From positions 77,559-141,558 of the forward strand of contig JBJKZD010000013.1 of NCBI GenBank assembly GCA_045560765.1: 64,000 nucleotides of DNA. The letters are read 5' to 3'. Within the stretch, counting starts at the first letter, position 1. Every line of letters begins with the position of its first letter. Positions 44,338 through 54,125 of the stretch are shown piece by piece. The translations under genes were made by a program, and so were the position numbers. Origin of the DNA: Candidatus Azotimanducaceae bacterium. Its GTDB lineage: Bacteria; Pseudomonadota; Gammaproteobacteria; Pseudomonadales; Azotimanducaceae. The notes under the pieces were generated by a model that worked only from the letters and a program-made list of their open reading frames with translations, did no database searches and had not been told where the DNA came from.

Positions 44338-46050
44338 ATGGCAAAAGAACAAAAACCCCAAGCGTATTACGACGACATCAAAAAGAAATTCGCCGAAGAA
44401 CGCGATGTGCGTTTGGGTTATCGTCCGGAGGGCACGGCGCAATTTACCTCTGATTTAACGGGCGCGCTTGATGAATACGCGATCGATCCGCACAGCCCTG
44501 CGGGTGAAGAAAGAGCGCCGATTGAAGATACGGTTGAAGTTCTGTTCATTGGCGGTGGATTTTCGGCGCTCTTAACGTCCGCGCGGCTGCGAGAGCAAGG
44601 CGTCCAAAGCATTCGCATTGTCGAGCGCGGCGGCGATGTTGGGGGCACCTGGTATTGGAATCGATACCCGGGTGTTGCGTGCGACGTCGTGGCCTATGAT
44701 TACTTGCCACTTCTCGATGAACTGGATTACGTACCAGTCAATCACTACTCCCGCGGCCCAGAAATTTTGGGTCATTGCCAAGCAATTGCCAAAAAATACG
44801 ACCTCTACGATTTGGCGGTTTTCCATACCACGGTCACAGCGACGGTTTGGAACGAAGACGAGCAAATGTGGCACATCGAAACCGATCGAGGAGATCGGAT
44901 GCGTGCTCAATTCGTGATTTGCGCCAATGGCACCCTGTCAAAACCTAAGCTTTCGAAAATTGACGGCATGGAAACCTTCAAAGGACACGCATTTCATACC
45001 TCCCGATGGGACTATGACTTCACCGGGGAGGACCTTGAAAAGCTCAAAGACAAAACTGTAGGCATTATCGGCACCGGTGCGAGCGCCGTCCAAGCGGTAC
45101 CTGAACTGGCCAAACACGCAAAAGCGCTCTATGTCTTCCAAAGAACCCCTTCGTCGATTGATATTCGAGACGATTGGCCCACCGACCCCAATTGGGCGCG
45201 GAAGCTCGAACCGGGTTGGCAATCTAAACGGCGTGAGCGCGTCCTCGCACTGTCTGAACCGTCTCCCGAGCGTAAAGCAAAAATGGCTGCACTCTCGCCA
45301 GAGGAAAAAGTTCGTCGCCAAGAAAATTCCAACATCGATTATATGATGCGCATCCATCGGCGAATCGAGCAGACGGTCAAAGACCCCAAGACCGCCGAAT
45401 CGCTGAAACCCTGGTACATGTTCATGTGTAAGCGTCCCTGCTTTCACAACGAGTATTTGCCCTCCTTCAATCAACCCAACGTGCATTTAATCGATACCCA
45501 CGGTGAGGGCATCACGCGTATCAATGAATCAGGGCCAGAGTTCAAAGACACCAGCTACCCCCTGGACCTGTTAATTTACGCGACCGGTTTCGAAGTGCAA
45601 AAAACCGGCATCTACAACCGAATCATCGGTAAAGAGAACCTTGATCTGGAAGATAAATACTCAGAGGGCATTCGGACTTTGCTGGGTATACACACTCATG
45701 GCTTTCCAAACCTATTTATCATGGGAGGCTACCAAGCGTCTTTTCAATTTAACCTGACAGACATGCTTCAAACTCAAGGAGATCACATCGCTGCTTGCAT
45801 CGCTCATGTCCGAGAAAATAACTTGCGCACAATCGATCCAACCTCCGCCGCTGAAGACTGGTGGGTCGATCAGGTCATCCAGCACCGGGGCAAGACTGGA
45901 AGAAATGCCGAATGTACACCGGGCTATTATAATTTTGAGGGCGAGAGCAATCGACGACAAGATGGCAATTATAATGGGGGTTTCCGGCAGTACTTCACGC
46001 ATCAAGGAGCGGTGCGCAAAGCCATGACCGAGCACTTCGAGTTCACCTAG
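44338..46050 (+). CDS. Baeyer-Villiger (type I flavin-dependent) monooxygenase
   Basis: FIGGGFSAL FAD motif, GGTWYWNRYPGVACD, BVMO fingerprint FKGHAFHTSRW, and a second Rossmann motif GIIGTGASAVQ. Confidence 0.9.
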   Translation: MAKEQKPQAYYDDIKKKFAEERDVRLGYRPEGTAQFTSDLTGALDEYAIDPHSPAGEERAPIEDTVEVLFIGGGFSALLTSARLREQGVQSIRIVERGGDVGGTWYWNRYPGVACDVVAYDYLPLLDELDYVPVNHYSRGPEILGHCQAIAKKYDLYDLAVFHTTVTATVWNEDEQMWHIETDRGDRMRAQFVICANGTLSKPKLSKIDGMETFKGHAFHTSRWDYDFTGEDLEKLKDKTVGIIGTGASAVQAVPELAKHAKALYVFQRTPSSIDIRDDWPTDPNWARKLEPGWQSKRRERVLALSEPSPERKAKMAALSPEEKVRRQENSNIDYMMRIHRRIEQTVKDPKTAESLKPWYMFMCKRPCFHNEYLPSFNQPNVHLIDTHGEGITRINESGPEFKDTSYPLDLLIYATGFEVQKTGIYNRIIGKENLDLEDKYSEGIRTLLGIHTHGFPNLFIMGGYQASFQFNLTDMLQTQGDHIAACIAHVRENNLRTIDPTSAAEDWWVDQVIQHRGKTGRNAECTPGYYNFEGESNRRQDGNYNGGFRQYFTHQGAVRKAMTEHFEFT

Positions 46051-46067
46051 AGCGCCGAACCATAAGA

Positions 46068-46088
46068 AACCGAATACTCGTCGGTTTT
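46068..46088 (+). terminator. Possible weak intrinsic terminator after the BVMO gene
   Basis: AAACCGA-ATACTCG-TCGGTTTT. The stem is short and AT-rich and includes the T-tract. Confidence 0.3.
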
Positions 46089-46305
46089 GATGACCCGGTT
46101 CAAGCGGCAGACCCAGCAATATTCCAGCCAGGTTCCGGGCGGGGCAAGACAAGCTGTGGCATCATCGAGTCTCTGTTGATCCGTTTCTTTGACGGCCGCG
46201 CGATGCCAGACTCACCCAGGGTCAGCAGTAGTGAGTAACGGCAAGCGTGCAGCAACAATCTGACGACCGCGGCAGCACAGCGCGCTCGAACAAACAGGAG
46301 CCTCT

Positions 46306-47106
46306 ATGGAAATTAAAGATACCAATGTCGTTGTTACCGGTGCTGGATCTGGGATCGGCCGTGCCCTCGCTCAAGGTTTTATTACCCAGGGTGCTCGGCA
46401 CGTGGTTTGCACCGATCTCGACGCCGCAAGCGCCGCCGATACCGCTGCTTTGATTGGAGAGAAAGCGTCCTCCAGCGGTTTAGATGTCGCGGATCAACGT
46501 CAGATTGAAACCCTGGTTGAGCTGACCAACCGCGTCTACGGTGGCATCGATATTTTTGTATCCAACGCCGGCTACGGCCGTCGAGGAGGGCTCAACCTCT
46601 CCACTGAGGACTGGAAACAAATGATGGAGGTTCATACCTGGTCTCATCTCAACGCAGCGCGGGCGGTAATTCCGGCCATGATCGAACGCGGGGGCGGCTA
46701 TTTACTCAACACCGCATCGGCAGCAGGTCTTTTAACCCAAATCGACTCTGGGCCCTACGCGGTGTCTAAACATGCGGCGGTTGCTCTCTCCGAATGGTTG
46801 GCCATTAGCTATGCAGATCAAGGTATTGGCGTCTCGGTGCTTTGCCCGCAAGCGGTTCGAACCAACATCCTGGGTCCTGCTGTTCCCGGCAAGCGAAAAA
46901 ACACCCGTCAAGCAGCGATGGATGGTATTTTGGAACCAGAGACCGTAGCCAACGATTGCTTCAGAGCAATCCTAGAGGAGCGATTTATGGTCTTACCCCA
47001 TCCTGAGGTTGCGACCTACTTCAAGCGTAAAGCCGATGACTATGACCGCTGGCTTGGCGGCATGAGACGGTTTCGGGATCGCTTGCTCGCTAAGAACCCA
47101 TCTTGA
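46306..47106 (+). CDS. SDR-family oxidoreductase
   Basis: TGAGSGIGRALA, SNAG, YAVSKHAAV (YxxxK). Confidence 0.88.
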   Translation: MEIKDTNVVVTGAGSGIGRALAQGFITQGARHVVCTDLDAASAADTAALIGEKASSSGLDVADQRQIETLVELTNRVYGGIDIFVSNAGYGRRGGLNLSTEDWKQMMEVHTWSHLNAARAVIPAMIERGGGYLLNTASAAGLLTQIDSGPYAVSKHAAVALSEWLAISYADQGIGVSVLCPQAVRTNILGPAVPGKRKNTRQAAMDGILEPETVANDCFRAILEERFMVLPHPEVATYFKRKADDYDRWLGGMRRFRDRLLAKNPS

Positions 47107-47128
47107 ACCATTAGGAGTCCATCCCAGC

Positions 47129-47960
47129 ATGAAAGCATTTAAGGATAGAGTTGCGGTGATCACAGGCGGTGGCAGCGGAATCGGTCTCGGCATCGCGAAT
47201 GCCTTTGCCGCTCGAGGCATGAGACTGGTGATCGCAGATGTCAATGAACAGACCATCGAAAATACTGTCTTCGAACTCAAACAAAACGGCGTCGACGCCA
47301 TCGGCGTGCGCTGCGATGTATCAAAACTCGAAGATGTAGAGCACCTTGCGGAGGCGACATTAAACACCTTTGGCGGCGTCCATGTTCTTTGCAATAATGC
47401 GGGCGTCGGACTGCCTACTTCTTCAAGATCCATCAAACTCGAAGACTGGAAATGGATCATTGATGTGGATCTCTGGGGCCCAATTTATGGCGTTAAGGTC
47501 TTTGGACCGTTAATCGAGGCCCAAGGCGAAGGCCATATCAGTGCGACAGCCTCAATGGCCGGTCTTATTTCCGCCAATAAAATGGGCGCCTATAGCGTCG
47601 CCAAACACGGTGTCGTTGCTCTGATGTGCGCCCTTGAGCGTGAACTGCGCAGCAAGCAGAGCCCGATCACCGCATCTGTTTTGTGCCCTGGCCCCATCAA
47701 CACCAACATCAGTCACAACTCTCTGGCCTATCGTCCTGAACGAGACCCGACCCTTGCGCCACCTAAAGTTTCCGGCGCCAAGGGGCGCCAGCATACAAGC
47801 GGCACTTGAAGAGGGGATGCCGCCCAACGAGGTCGGTGAATTAGTGGCGAGCGCCATTGAGAACGATAAATTTTGGGTATTGACCCACCCTTGGTGGGCG
47901 AAAGGGGTGCAAAGACAGCTCGATGCCCTGCGGGATGATCAGTCTCTCACCAAAGCTTAA
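47129..47960 (+). pseudogene. SDR-family oxidoreductase, frame broken by a 1-nt insertion near the G4 run at 47782-47785
   Basis: ORF 47129-47809 carries TGGGSGIGLGIA, NNAG and YSVAKHGVV. Overlapping ORF 47634-47960, in the +1 frame, supplies the expected C-terminus (...ASIQAALEEGMPPNEVGELVASAIENDKFWVLTHP...). Confidence 0.75.
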
Positions 47961-48013
47961 CAGCCCATCCATAACTCATGGCCTGGGGCCCTATTCCACT
48001 TCGGAGAAACCAC

Positions 48014-49192
48014 ATGACCTACCCTCTCAAAGGCATCAAAGTTCTTGACTTATCGCGAGTGTTAGCCGGGCCGTTTGCAGGAAGAATGCTTTCAGATTTA
48101 GGGGCGGATGTGGTCAAGCTCGAGCCTCCAGAGGGTGACGTCACACGCCTGTGGGGTCAGAAAATTGGTGGCATTTCGGGCTATTACAATCAGCAGAATG
48201 CTGGCAAACGAAACCTGTCTATTGACCTGCGGAAACCCTCCGGCGTTGACCTGGTCAAGACCCTCGTAAAAAAGGCAGATGTGCTCATTGAAAACTTTCG
48301 CCCTGATGTGATGGGCAGACTTGGCCTTGACTACGAGGTTTTGAGCGCGATCAATCCGCGCTTGATCATGCTCTCGATTTCGGGCTTTGGCGCCAACAAT
48401 CCCGACAGCCGCCGCGCAGCCTACGCGCCCGTGGTCCACGCTGAAATCGGTCTCATCGAACGTCAGTCATTGATCAGCCAAGCCTTCCCGTCCGATATTG
48501 CACTGTCGGTTGCCGACACCAACGCGTCTCTCCATGGGCTTGTAGGCCTGCTTGCGGTTTTGTTTGCCCGAGAGACCAGTGGTCTTGGGGATCACATTGA
48601 TCTTGCAATGGTGGATGCCAGTATCGTGACCAACGATGGTATGAACTATGCGCTTGATCAGGTCAGACACATTGTTTCCAACGAGGTCTATGACACCTCC
48701 GCGGGACGACTGATTTTGGCCGGGGATTTCAAATTCATTTGGCACCAACTCCACACCATTTTTGCCATTGACGATGGACTCGACCCATCGATGGCGCCAA
48801 GCCTTGAAGAGAAGATCGCCGCACGACGGGCCGCAACGTCACATTTTTTTAACCAAACCTGCGCCGATCGAGATGCCGTCGTCGCAGCACTAAACAAAAT
48901 GAATATCGCCTGGGGTGACGTCAGAAAAGCCAGTGATGTGGGTGAACTGGCATCGGTGAAGGCCCGAGGCACCATTGCTCAGGTTGATGATCGCGCCGGC
49001 GGAACCCGATCCATCCCTCAATCTCCCTATCGTTTTAGACGGCATCAATCCTCTGTCGCAAGCGGTGCGCCCCATTTGGGTGAACATAACCAAGCGGTTC
49101 TCAAAGACTGGCTGGATTGGTCCGCCGATGATATCAGAGCGGTCGAAGATGCCTTGATCCATTCGAGCAGCGACAGTGGGCCCGGTGCTTAA
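48014..49192 (+). CDS. Family III CoA-transferase (CaiB/BaiF)
   Basis: GIKVLDLSRVLAGPFAGRMLSDLGADVVKLE...VLIENFRPDVM. Start taken at MTYPLKG. Confidence 0.88.
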   Translation: MTYPLKGIKVLDLSRVLAGPFAGRMLSDLGADVVKLEPPEGDVTRLWGQKIGGISGYYNQQNAGKRNLSIDLRKPSGVDLVKTLVKKADVLIENFRPDVMGRLGLDYEVLSAINPRLIMLSISGFGANNPDSRRAAYAPVVHAEIGLIERQSLISQAFPSDIALSVADTNASLHGLVGLLAVLFARETSGLGDHIDLAMVDASIVTNDGMNYALDQVRHIVSNEVYDTSAGRLILAGDFKFIWHQLHTIFAIDDGLDPSMAPSLEEKIAARRAATSHFFNQTCADRDAVVAALNKMNIAWGDVRKASDVGELASVKARGTIAQVDDRAGGTRSIPQSPYRFRRHQSSVASGAPHLGEHNQAVLKDWLDWSADDIRAVEDALIHSSSDSGPGA

Positions 49193-49414
49193 CCTCGGCG
49201 CTTAACCCTGACTCCTCATCTCTGCACTGAAGGCGGACAGGGTAAACGCCCCTTTGAGCCAGCGTGCAGACAAAAGCCTGGGATGTTGTTCCGCGCCGTT
49301 AATCCGTATAATTTTCGAGACAAAACACGACGATTTGTTCCTTCGTCGAACAGCATTCAAACAATCGCGGATTGAAGGGACCACTTCAGCACAGCAACGA
49401 GCAACCGGAGCATC

Positions 49415-50437
49415 ATGAATACTTGGACTTTCAAATCCAGTCGAGCCCGCCGCTACCACACCGCGGCGATCGCTTATGCGCTCCTGGGTTATAGCGCAGG
49501 TTGGTGGTTACTTTTTAACGGGGGGTGGGCCGGGTTTATCCCAGGCGTTCTGCTTTTAGGCCACGGCATGATTATCGCGGCTTACCTCATTCATGAGTGT
49601 GCCCACAACACGATTTTCAAATCTAATCATCACAACAGCCAACTCGCGAGCTTACTCGCTTGGGTCTGCGGCGCTTGTTATGGCACCATTAAGGATATCC
49701 GAACCAAGCATTTTAGACATCACGTGGAAAATGATGATGTCGTCTGGTTTGACTATGAAGCCTTCTTCATCTCTCACCCTCTGATTTATCGAATCACTAT
49801 TTTTTTAGAGTGGTTCTACATCCCAGCGCACGATATCTTGATGCACACCATCATGGTTTTCAGCGGGTTTATTATTCCCCAGCGCCGCTACCAGTGGCGT
49901 CGCAATCTAGCCGTCATCTTAGTGCGGGGCAGCTTGCTCGTTGCCATTGTCTACCTAAGCCCGGCCGCCTTCGTTGGTTACGCTCTGGCGTACACGATGA
50001 TGATCATTGTTCTACGATTTGTAGATGGACTCGAGCACGACTACCCCTACCACCTGAACTTGTTTACCGACGAAGTCTCAGAGCACAAAGGTGACCTCCT
50101 TTGGGAGCAGGAGCACACGTTCAGTCCAATACTGTCTTGGCGCTACCCGTTCGTGAATTGGCTGATTCTCAACTTTGGGTACCACAACGCCCACCACGCA
50201 AAACCGACGGCTCCCTGGTTTGAACTGCCCGAGCTTCATCGACAACTTTTTGGCGATGACCCTCTGACCGTCATTCAATTGTGGCCTCAGCTATTGATGT
50301 ATCACCGCTACAGAACCTACCGAATTTTTCATGATGCCCCCGGACTACAATCTGTGACAGGAGCCGAGTTCTTAAAAGCGGCGCAATCAGCAAAATTGAC
50401 CGGCGGCAATGCCGCATCTTTTCTCACCGCATTTTAA
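49415..50437 (+). CDS. Membrane fatty-acid desaturase / hydroxylase family protein
   Basis: His boxes HECAHN, HFRHH and HNAHH, with hydrophobic spans between them. Confidence 0.8.
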   Translation: MNTWTFKSSRARRYHTAAIAYALLGYSAGWWLLFNGGWAGFIPGVLLLGHGMIIAAYLIHECAHNTIFKSNHHNSQLASLLAWVCGACYGTIKDIRTKHFRHHVENDDVVWFDYEAFFISHPLIYRITIFLEWFYIPAHDILMHTIMVFSGFIIPQRRYQWRRNLAVILVRGSLLVAIVYLSPAAFVGYALAYTMMIIVLRFVDGLEHDYPYHLNLFTDEVSEHKGDLLWEQEHTFSPILSWRYPFVNWLILNFGYHNAHHAKPTAPWFELPELHRQLFGDDPLTVIQLWPQLLMYHRYRTYRIFHDAPGLQSVTGAEFLKAAQSAKLTGGNAASFLTAF

Positions 50438-50440
50438 TCC

Positions 50441-51283
50441 GTGGCCCAAACCCTCGAACTTTATCAATCCCTCTGGGCGATGGAAGACCGAATTCCAGGG
50501 CAAGCGGAGCAGCCCAAAGCGGTGCATCTGAAGCGTATTGCGGATGCTGGATACATAGGTGCTTGTCTTGATCCTAACGTTTCAGAGATCGAGGACAGCC
50601 TAAAGTTAAAGCCGCTCTTTGAGGAGCTCGGTTTAAAGTGCATGGTCAATGCTTTTCCGCACAGCGCAGATTCACTCGAGCCGCTGCTGGAAATGTCCGC
50701 AGAGCTGCAAGCGACTCAAGTCAATATCATTGCTGAAGTCATGCCCTTAACACCCGCCGAGGCAGTCCCGATCATCGACGACTGGTTGGCTCTTGCCAGC
50801 GACTATCCCTTTCCTGTGCTCATGGAAACCCATCGCAACAGCACCTTAAACGACCTGTTCTACACCCTGGAGATTTTAAAACGCGTACCACAACTTCGTC
50901 TCTGCGCGGACTTGTCCCATTTCGTCGTTGACCGGGAATTACAGCTCCCTTTGAGTGCTGTTGACGCAGCCTACTTCAGCACGGTCATTGAGCGTTCCGA
51001 TTCCTTTCAAGGCCGAATCTCAAACAACCAGCAAATTCAAATCGCCATCGAATTTGAGCAACACGCCCTTTGGGTCGCCCAATATTTTGAATGGTGGCGT
51101 CAGGGTTTCAACGCCTGGTCAGCCCGCAGCGGCCCCAATGACACCTTGAGGTTTCTGGTGGAATTAGGCCCGCCCCCCTATGCGATTACCGACGGGACCC
51201 AGCGGGAGCTATCCAATCGCTGGGACGAGGCCTTATTGATTCATGACAGAATTCAAGCGATTTGGGCAGCGATCCCAGATTAA
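50441..51283 (+). CDS. Xylose-isomerase-like TIM-barrel (sugar phosphate isomerase/epimerase family) protein
   Basis: The 280-aa alternating beta/alpha pattern with ...METHRNS... and CADLSHF... resembles the AP-endonuclease-2 / TIM-barrel family. GTG start. The call is tentative. Confidence 0.45.
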   Translation: MAQTLELYQSLWAMEDRIPGQAEQPKAVHLKRIADAGYIGACLDPNVSEIEDSLKLKPLFEELGLKCMVNAFPHSADSLEPLLEMSAELQATQVNIIAEVMPLTPAEAVPIIDDWLALASDYPFPVLMETHRNSTLNDLFYTLEILKRVPQLRLCADLSHFVVDRELQLPLSAVDAAYFSTVIERSDSFQGRISNNQQIQIAIEFEQHALWVAQYFEWWRQGFNAWSARSGPNDTLRFLVELGPPPYAITDGTQRELSNRWDEALLIHDRIQAIWAAIPD

Positions 51284-51295
51284 CCTGTACAGGGA

Positions 51296-51739
51296 TTAAG
51301 GAGTCGCTCCGGGAATGGTTAATGAGGGCACTTTGAGATGCGCCCGCATATTGCCGATGAGAGAGTTTCTAATTTCGCGCTTGGTAAACGCCCAGCCATT
51401 GGCACCCCGGGAAAACGCGTCAATGTAGTCCCCTGCAAAAATCGCCTGAAGCGGAAAGTCCGGGGTTTGTTGATAGACAGTCACATAACTGTGGCTGGTA
51501 GCAGAGCCCGCTGCCTCATCAATTGTCAAACTCAGATTCGTAATCACGTGTTTTGTTCGCGGGGTTCCATCTTCGTAAAGAATCATGTTGTTCATTGATT
51601 CCGGCCCAGGCACCTTTCCCTCGGCGATCCACTGCGCGTTCACAAACAGCTCCGCGAATGTTTTAAGATCTCCTGAATCGATTGCCCTGCAGTACTGATG
51701 CATGAGGTTGGTAATTTCTTGCTCTGAGGTCATTGGCAT
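51296..51739 (-). CDS. NTF2-like / SnoaL_4 family protein
   Basis: EITNLMHQYCRAIDSGDLKTFAELF... is a typical SnoaL/NTF2 opening helix. Length of about 147 aa. Confidence 0.65.
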   Translation of the reverse strand: MPMTSEQEITNLMHQYCRAIDSGDLKTFAELFVNAQWIAEGKVPGPESMNNMILYEDGTPRTKHVITNLSLTIDEAAGSATSHSYVTVYQQTPDFPLQAIFAGDYIDAFSRGANGWAFTKREIRNSLIGNMRAHLKVPSLTIPGATP

Positions 51740-52137
51740 TTATCCTCTCTAGTGACAGAGCAACGTTACGAGGTGGAGCCTCAAAAGAAAAGATCATTGG
51801 ACGTCGCGCAAGTCGGCGCGGCAGCGCCTACCCATTGAAGTCCAGCAAGATTTAGGGAGCGCTGACCGGCAAGGTAGGAACGTAACTCACCAAATGCCTC
51901 TCCCAATCGGCCGTGAATGGGGAAGCGGATAAAGACAATTTTTGTTCCGTTTAAATTAAATCCGTCCGACTGGTGCTGAGCATTCGGTCAGAGCCCAAAC
52001 GATTAAGATGCCAGTTACTGCTACGCCCTTGCCCTCCGGGCCGATCCCAACTGCGCACACATTGATCTGGTCTCACGTAACTTAAGGCGTCGTCTTGCTG
52101 GCGATATTGTTCTGTGCGAGGCTTCTCTTAATCATCA

Positions 52138-52965
52138 ATGAATGAGACCACGATGCTCACTTCTTCAAACATCACACCGAGACTGGGGGCAGAACTGGAT
52201 GCCGCGATCCAACTCAAAGACCTTTCGGAGCCTGAAGTTGCTGAGTTGGTCTTGCTTTGTGCCGAGCGTGGGGTCGTCGTTGCTAGAAATCAGAGTCTGT
52301 CGCCACAGGAACAATCCGAATTTGCCCATCGACTGGGCGAGCCTCTGACTTTCCCAAATAATCCCGCTCATATTCCTGAGGAGCTGATCGTCATACAAGC
52401 TGGACCCAACTCAAAACACGCCGCCGGAGAAGGTTGGCACTCCGATGTATCGAGCGAAGCAAAGCCACCCGGATTATCGATGCTGCGTATGGAGCAAGTC
52501 CCGGATCATGGCGGTGATACGCTCTTTGCAGACATGTACCAAGCGTTCGAGTCGCTATCTAAGCCCATCCAAGAATTTCTTGAAACGCTCACAGCACGTC
52601 ACGAACCCCGTGGACATTATCTTTATCTGAGCGGGGCCAAAGCCTTTGATGAACTCGAAACCACTGACCATCCCGTGGTACGGATCCATCCGTTGACCGG
52701 CAAGAAAGTGCTTTATGTAAACGACGGGTTCGTGAGCAAGATCAATGGCGTATCTCAGCCTGAGAGCCGCGCTCTGCTAAAGATGCTCTATGACCATATC
52801 GCCTACACGGTCAAGATGCACTGCCGCATTGCCTGGGCGCCAAACACGGTTGTCTTTTGGGACAACCGCTGTGTCCAGCACTACGCGGCTTTTGATTATT
52901 TTCCAGAAAGACGAAAAGGCTACCGAGTGACCATTCGCGGCGAGCAGCCCATTGCTTGTCATTAA
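52138..52965 (+). CDS. TauD/TfdA-family Fe(II)/2-oxoglutarate-dependent dioxygenase
   Basis: WHSDVS (HxD iron ligands), GGDTLFADM, and C-terminal WDNRCVQHYA...R motifs typical of taurine-dioxygenase-like enzymes. Confidence 0.85.
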   Translation: MNETTMLTSSNITPRLGAELDAAIQLKDLSEPEVAELVLLCAERGVVVARNQSLSPQEQSEFAHRLGEPLTFPNNPAHIPEELIVIQAGPNSKHAAGEGWHSDVSSEAKPPGLSMLRMEQVPDHGGDTLFADMYQAFESLSKPIQEFLETLTARHEPRGHYLYLSGAKAFDELETTDHPVVRIHPLTGKKVLYVNDGFVSKINGVSQPESRALLKMLYDHIAYTVKMHCRIAWAPNTVVFWDNRCVQHYAAFDYFPERRKGYRVTIRGEQPIACH

Positions 52966-53069
52966 CCTTGGACTCATGAAAGCTCGCTCTAAGCCTCGTC
53001 CGCAAGGTTGCAAGAACACCCCACGAGTAGCGCTCGCGCCCATGAGCCAGAGGCACTACCGGTCTCTTG

Positions 53070-53103
53070 AGAGGCGAGTTGCAGCGATCGGCAACCCGCC
53101 TCT
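53070..53103 (+). other. Stable interrupted hairpin downstream of the TauD-family gene
   Basis: AGAGGCG-A-GTTGC-AGCGATCG-GCAAC-C-CGCCTCT gives 12 bp with one A/C mismatch, flanked by direct CTCTTG on both sides. No T-tract follows. Confidence 0.4.
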
Positions 53104-53140
53104 TGAACCACGCTGATCAATCTATACAGAGGAAGTTAAA

Positions 53141-53437
53141 ATGAACAATGCTCTACGGCCAACCCGCACCACAGCCACTTGGAATCGCGGCTTGTATATG
53201 CTCTTGCTCGCTATTTTTTACTCAATTGCTGAGTTTGTTCTGGTGTTTGTCTGTATCTACCAGTTTGTCTCTGGACTGGTCACCGGCGAGCTCAACCGTC
53301 GTCTACTCCTTTTCAGCGAGAGTCTTTGTACCTATATTGGCCAGATTCTAAGCTATGAGACTTTCAGGACGGAGCAAAAACCTTTTCCCTTCAGTCAGTT
53401 CCCTGAGACAAACGATCCGATTGTCAGTCAGCAGTAG
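53141..53437 (+). CDS. DUF4389-like small membrane protein
   Basis: WNRGLYMLLLAIFYSIAEFVLVFVCIYQF...TGE.N..L..F...L..Y..Q...Y.TF.TE.KPFPF pattern. Confidence 0.6.
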   Translation: MNNALRPTRTTATWNRGLYMLLLAIFYSIAEFVLVFVCIYQFVSGLVTGELNRRLLLFSESLCTYIGQILSYETFRTEQKPFPFSQFPETNDPIVSQQ

Positions 53438-53641
53438 GTTTTTAGAAAGATAAAACAAACCACCCTGTGATCGCTTTGCATCCTCCAGCAGTGACTCAAA
53501 GGCTCACCGCCTCGGTCTTCATGACGCAATGCTTGAGCCGCCTTGATCGACCTATATTAGCCCCTTAAATTCTGGTAATACTTTGCATTTTTTGGCGCCA
53601 CTGATTTACTCTGACCAACACGCCAATGCAAAGAGAACCCT

Positions 53642-54034
53642 ATGCTCACTAAAGAATTTATCAACCCGCACGCTATGGGCTTTACGAATACCGTCACCTA
53701 CAGCGCTCAGGGCGTTAAAACCATCATCGTCTCAGGTCAGGTCGGGTATGCAGACGGAAGAGTGGGTGAGACCTTCGAGGAACAAGCAGAGATCGCCCAT
53801 CAAAACTTGGTCAATGAGTTGAAGTCGGCAGGGGCTGGGCCCGAAGATGTCGTCAAGCTCAACACCTATATCGTCGATCTTGATTCAGACCGGAGCAAAA
53901 CAAACGGTCGAGTCAAAGCAAAATTCTTCACGCACACCAACCAGCCCGCCTCTACCTTGGTTGGCGTTTCAGCTCTAGTTATGAAACCTTTATTGATTGA
54001 AGTAGAAGCGACAGCGGTCATCGAATTGAGTTAG
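53642..54034 (+). CDS. RidA / YjgF / UK114 family enamine-imine deaminase-like protein
   Basis: About 130 aa. ...VSGQVG...AEIAHQNL...KLNTYIVD...ASTLVGVSAL...LIEVEATA is the typical family pattern. Confidence 0.8.
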   Translation: MLTKEFINPHAMGFTNTVTYSAQGVKTIIVSGQVGYADGRVGETFEEQAEIAHQNLVNELKSAGAGPEDVVKLNTYIVDLDSDRSKTNGRVKAKFFTHTNQPASTLVGVSALVMKPLLIEVEATAVIELS

Positions 54035-54125
54035 CGGCAGTTGATCCCACAAGGGTGCCCCAATGGCCCCCTTCGAGTCGTCGGCAGGGGCAACTATCGG
54101 TCAGGCTAACAAGCGGCACTCTTGT

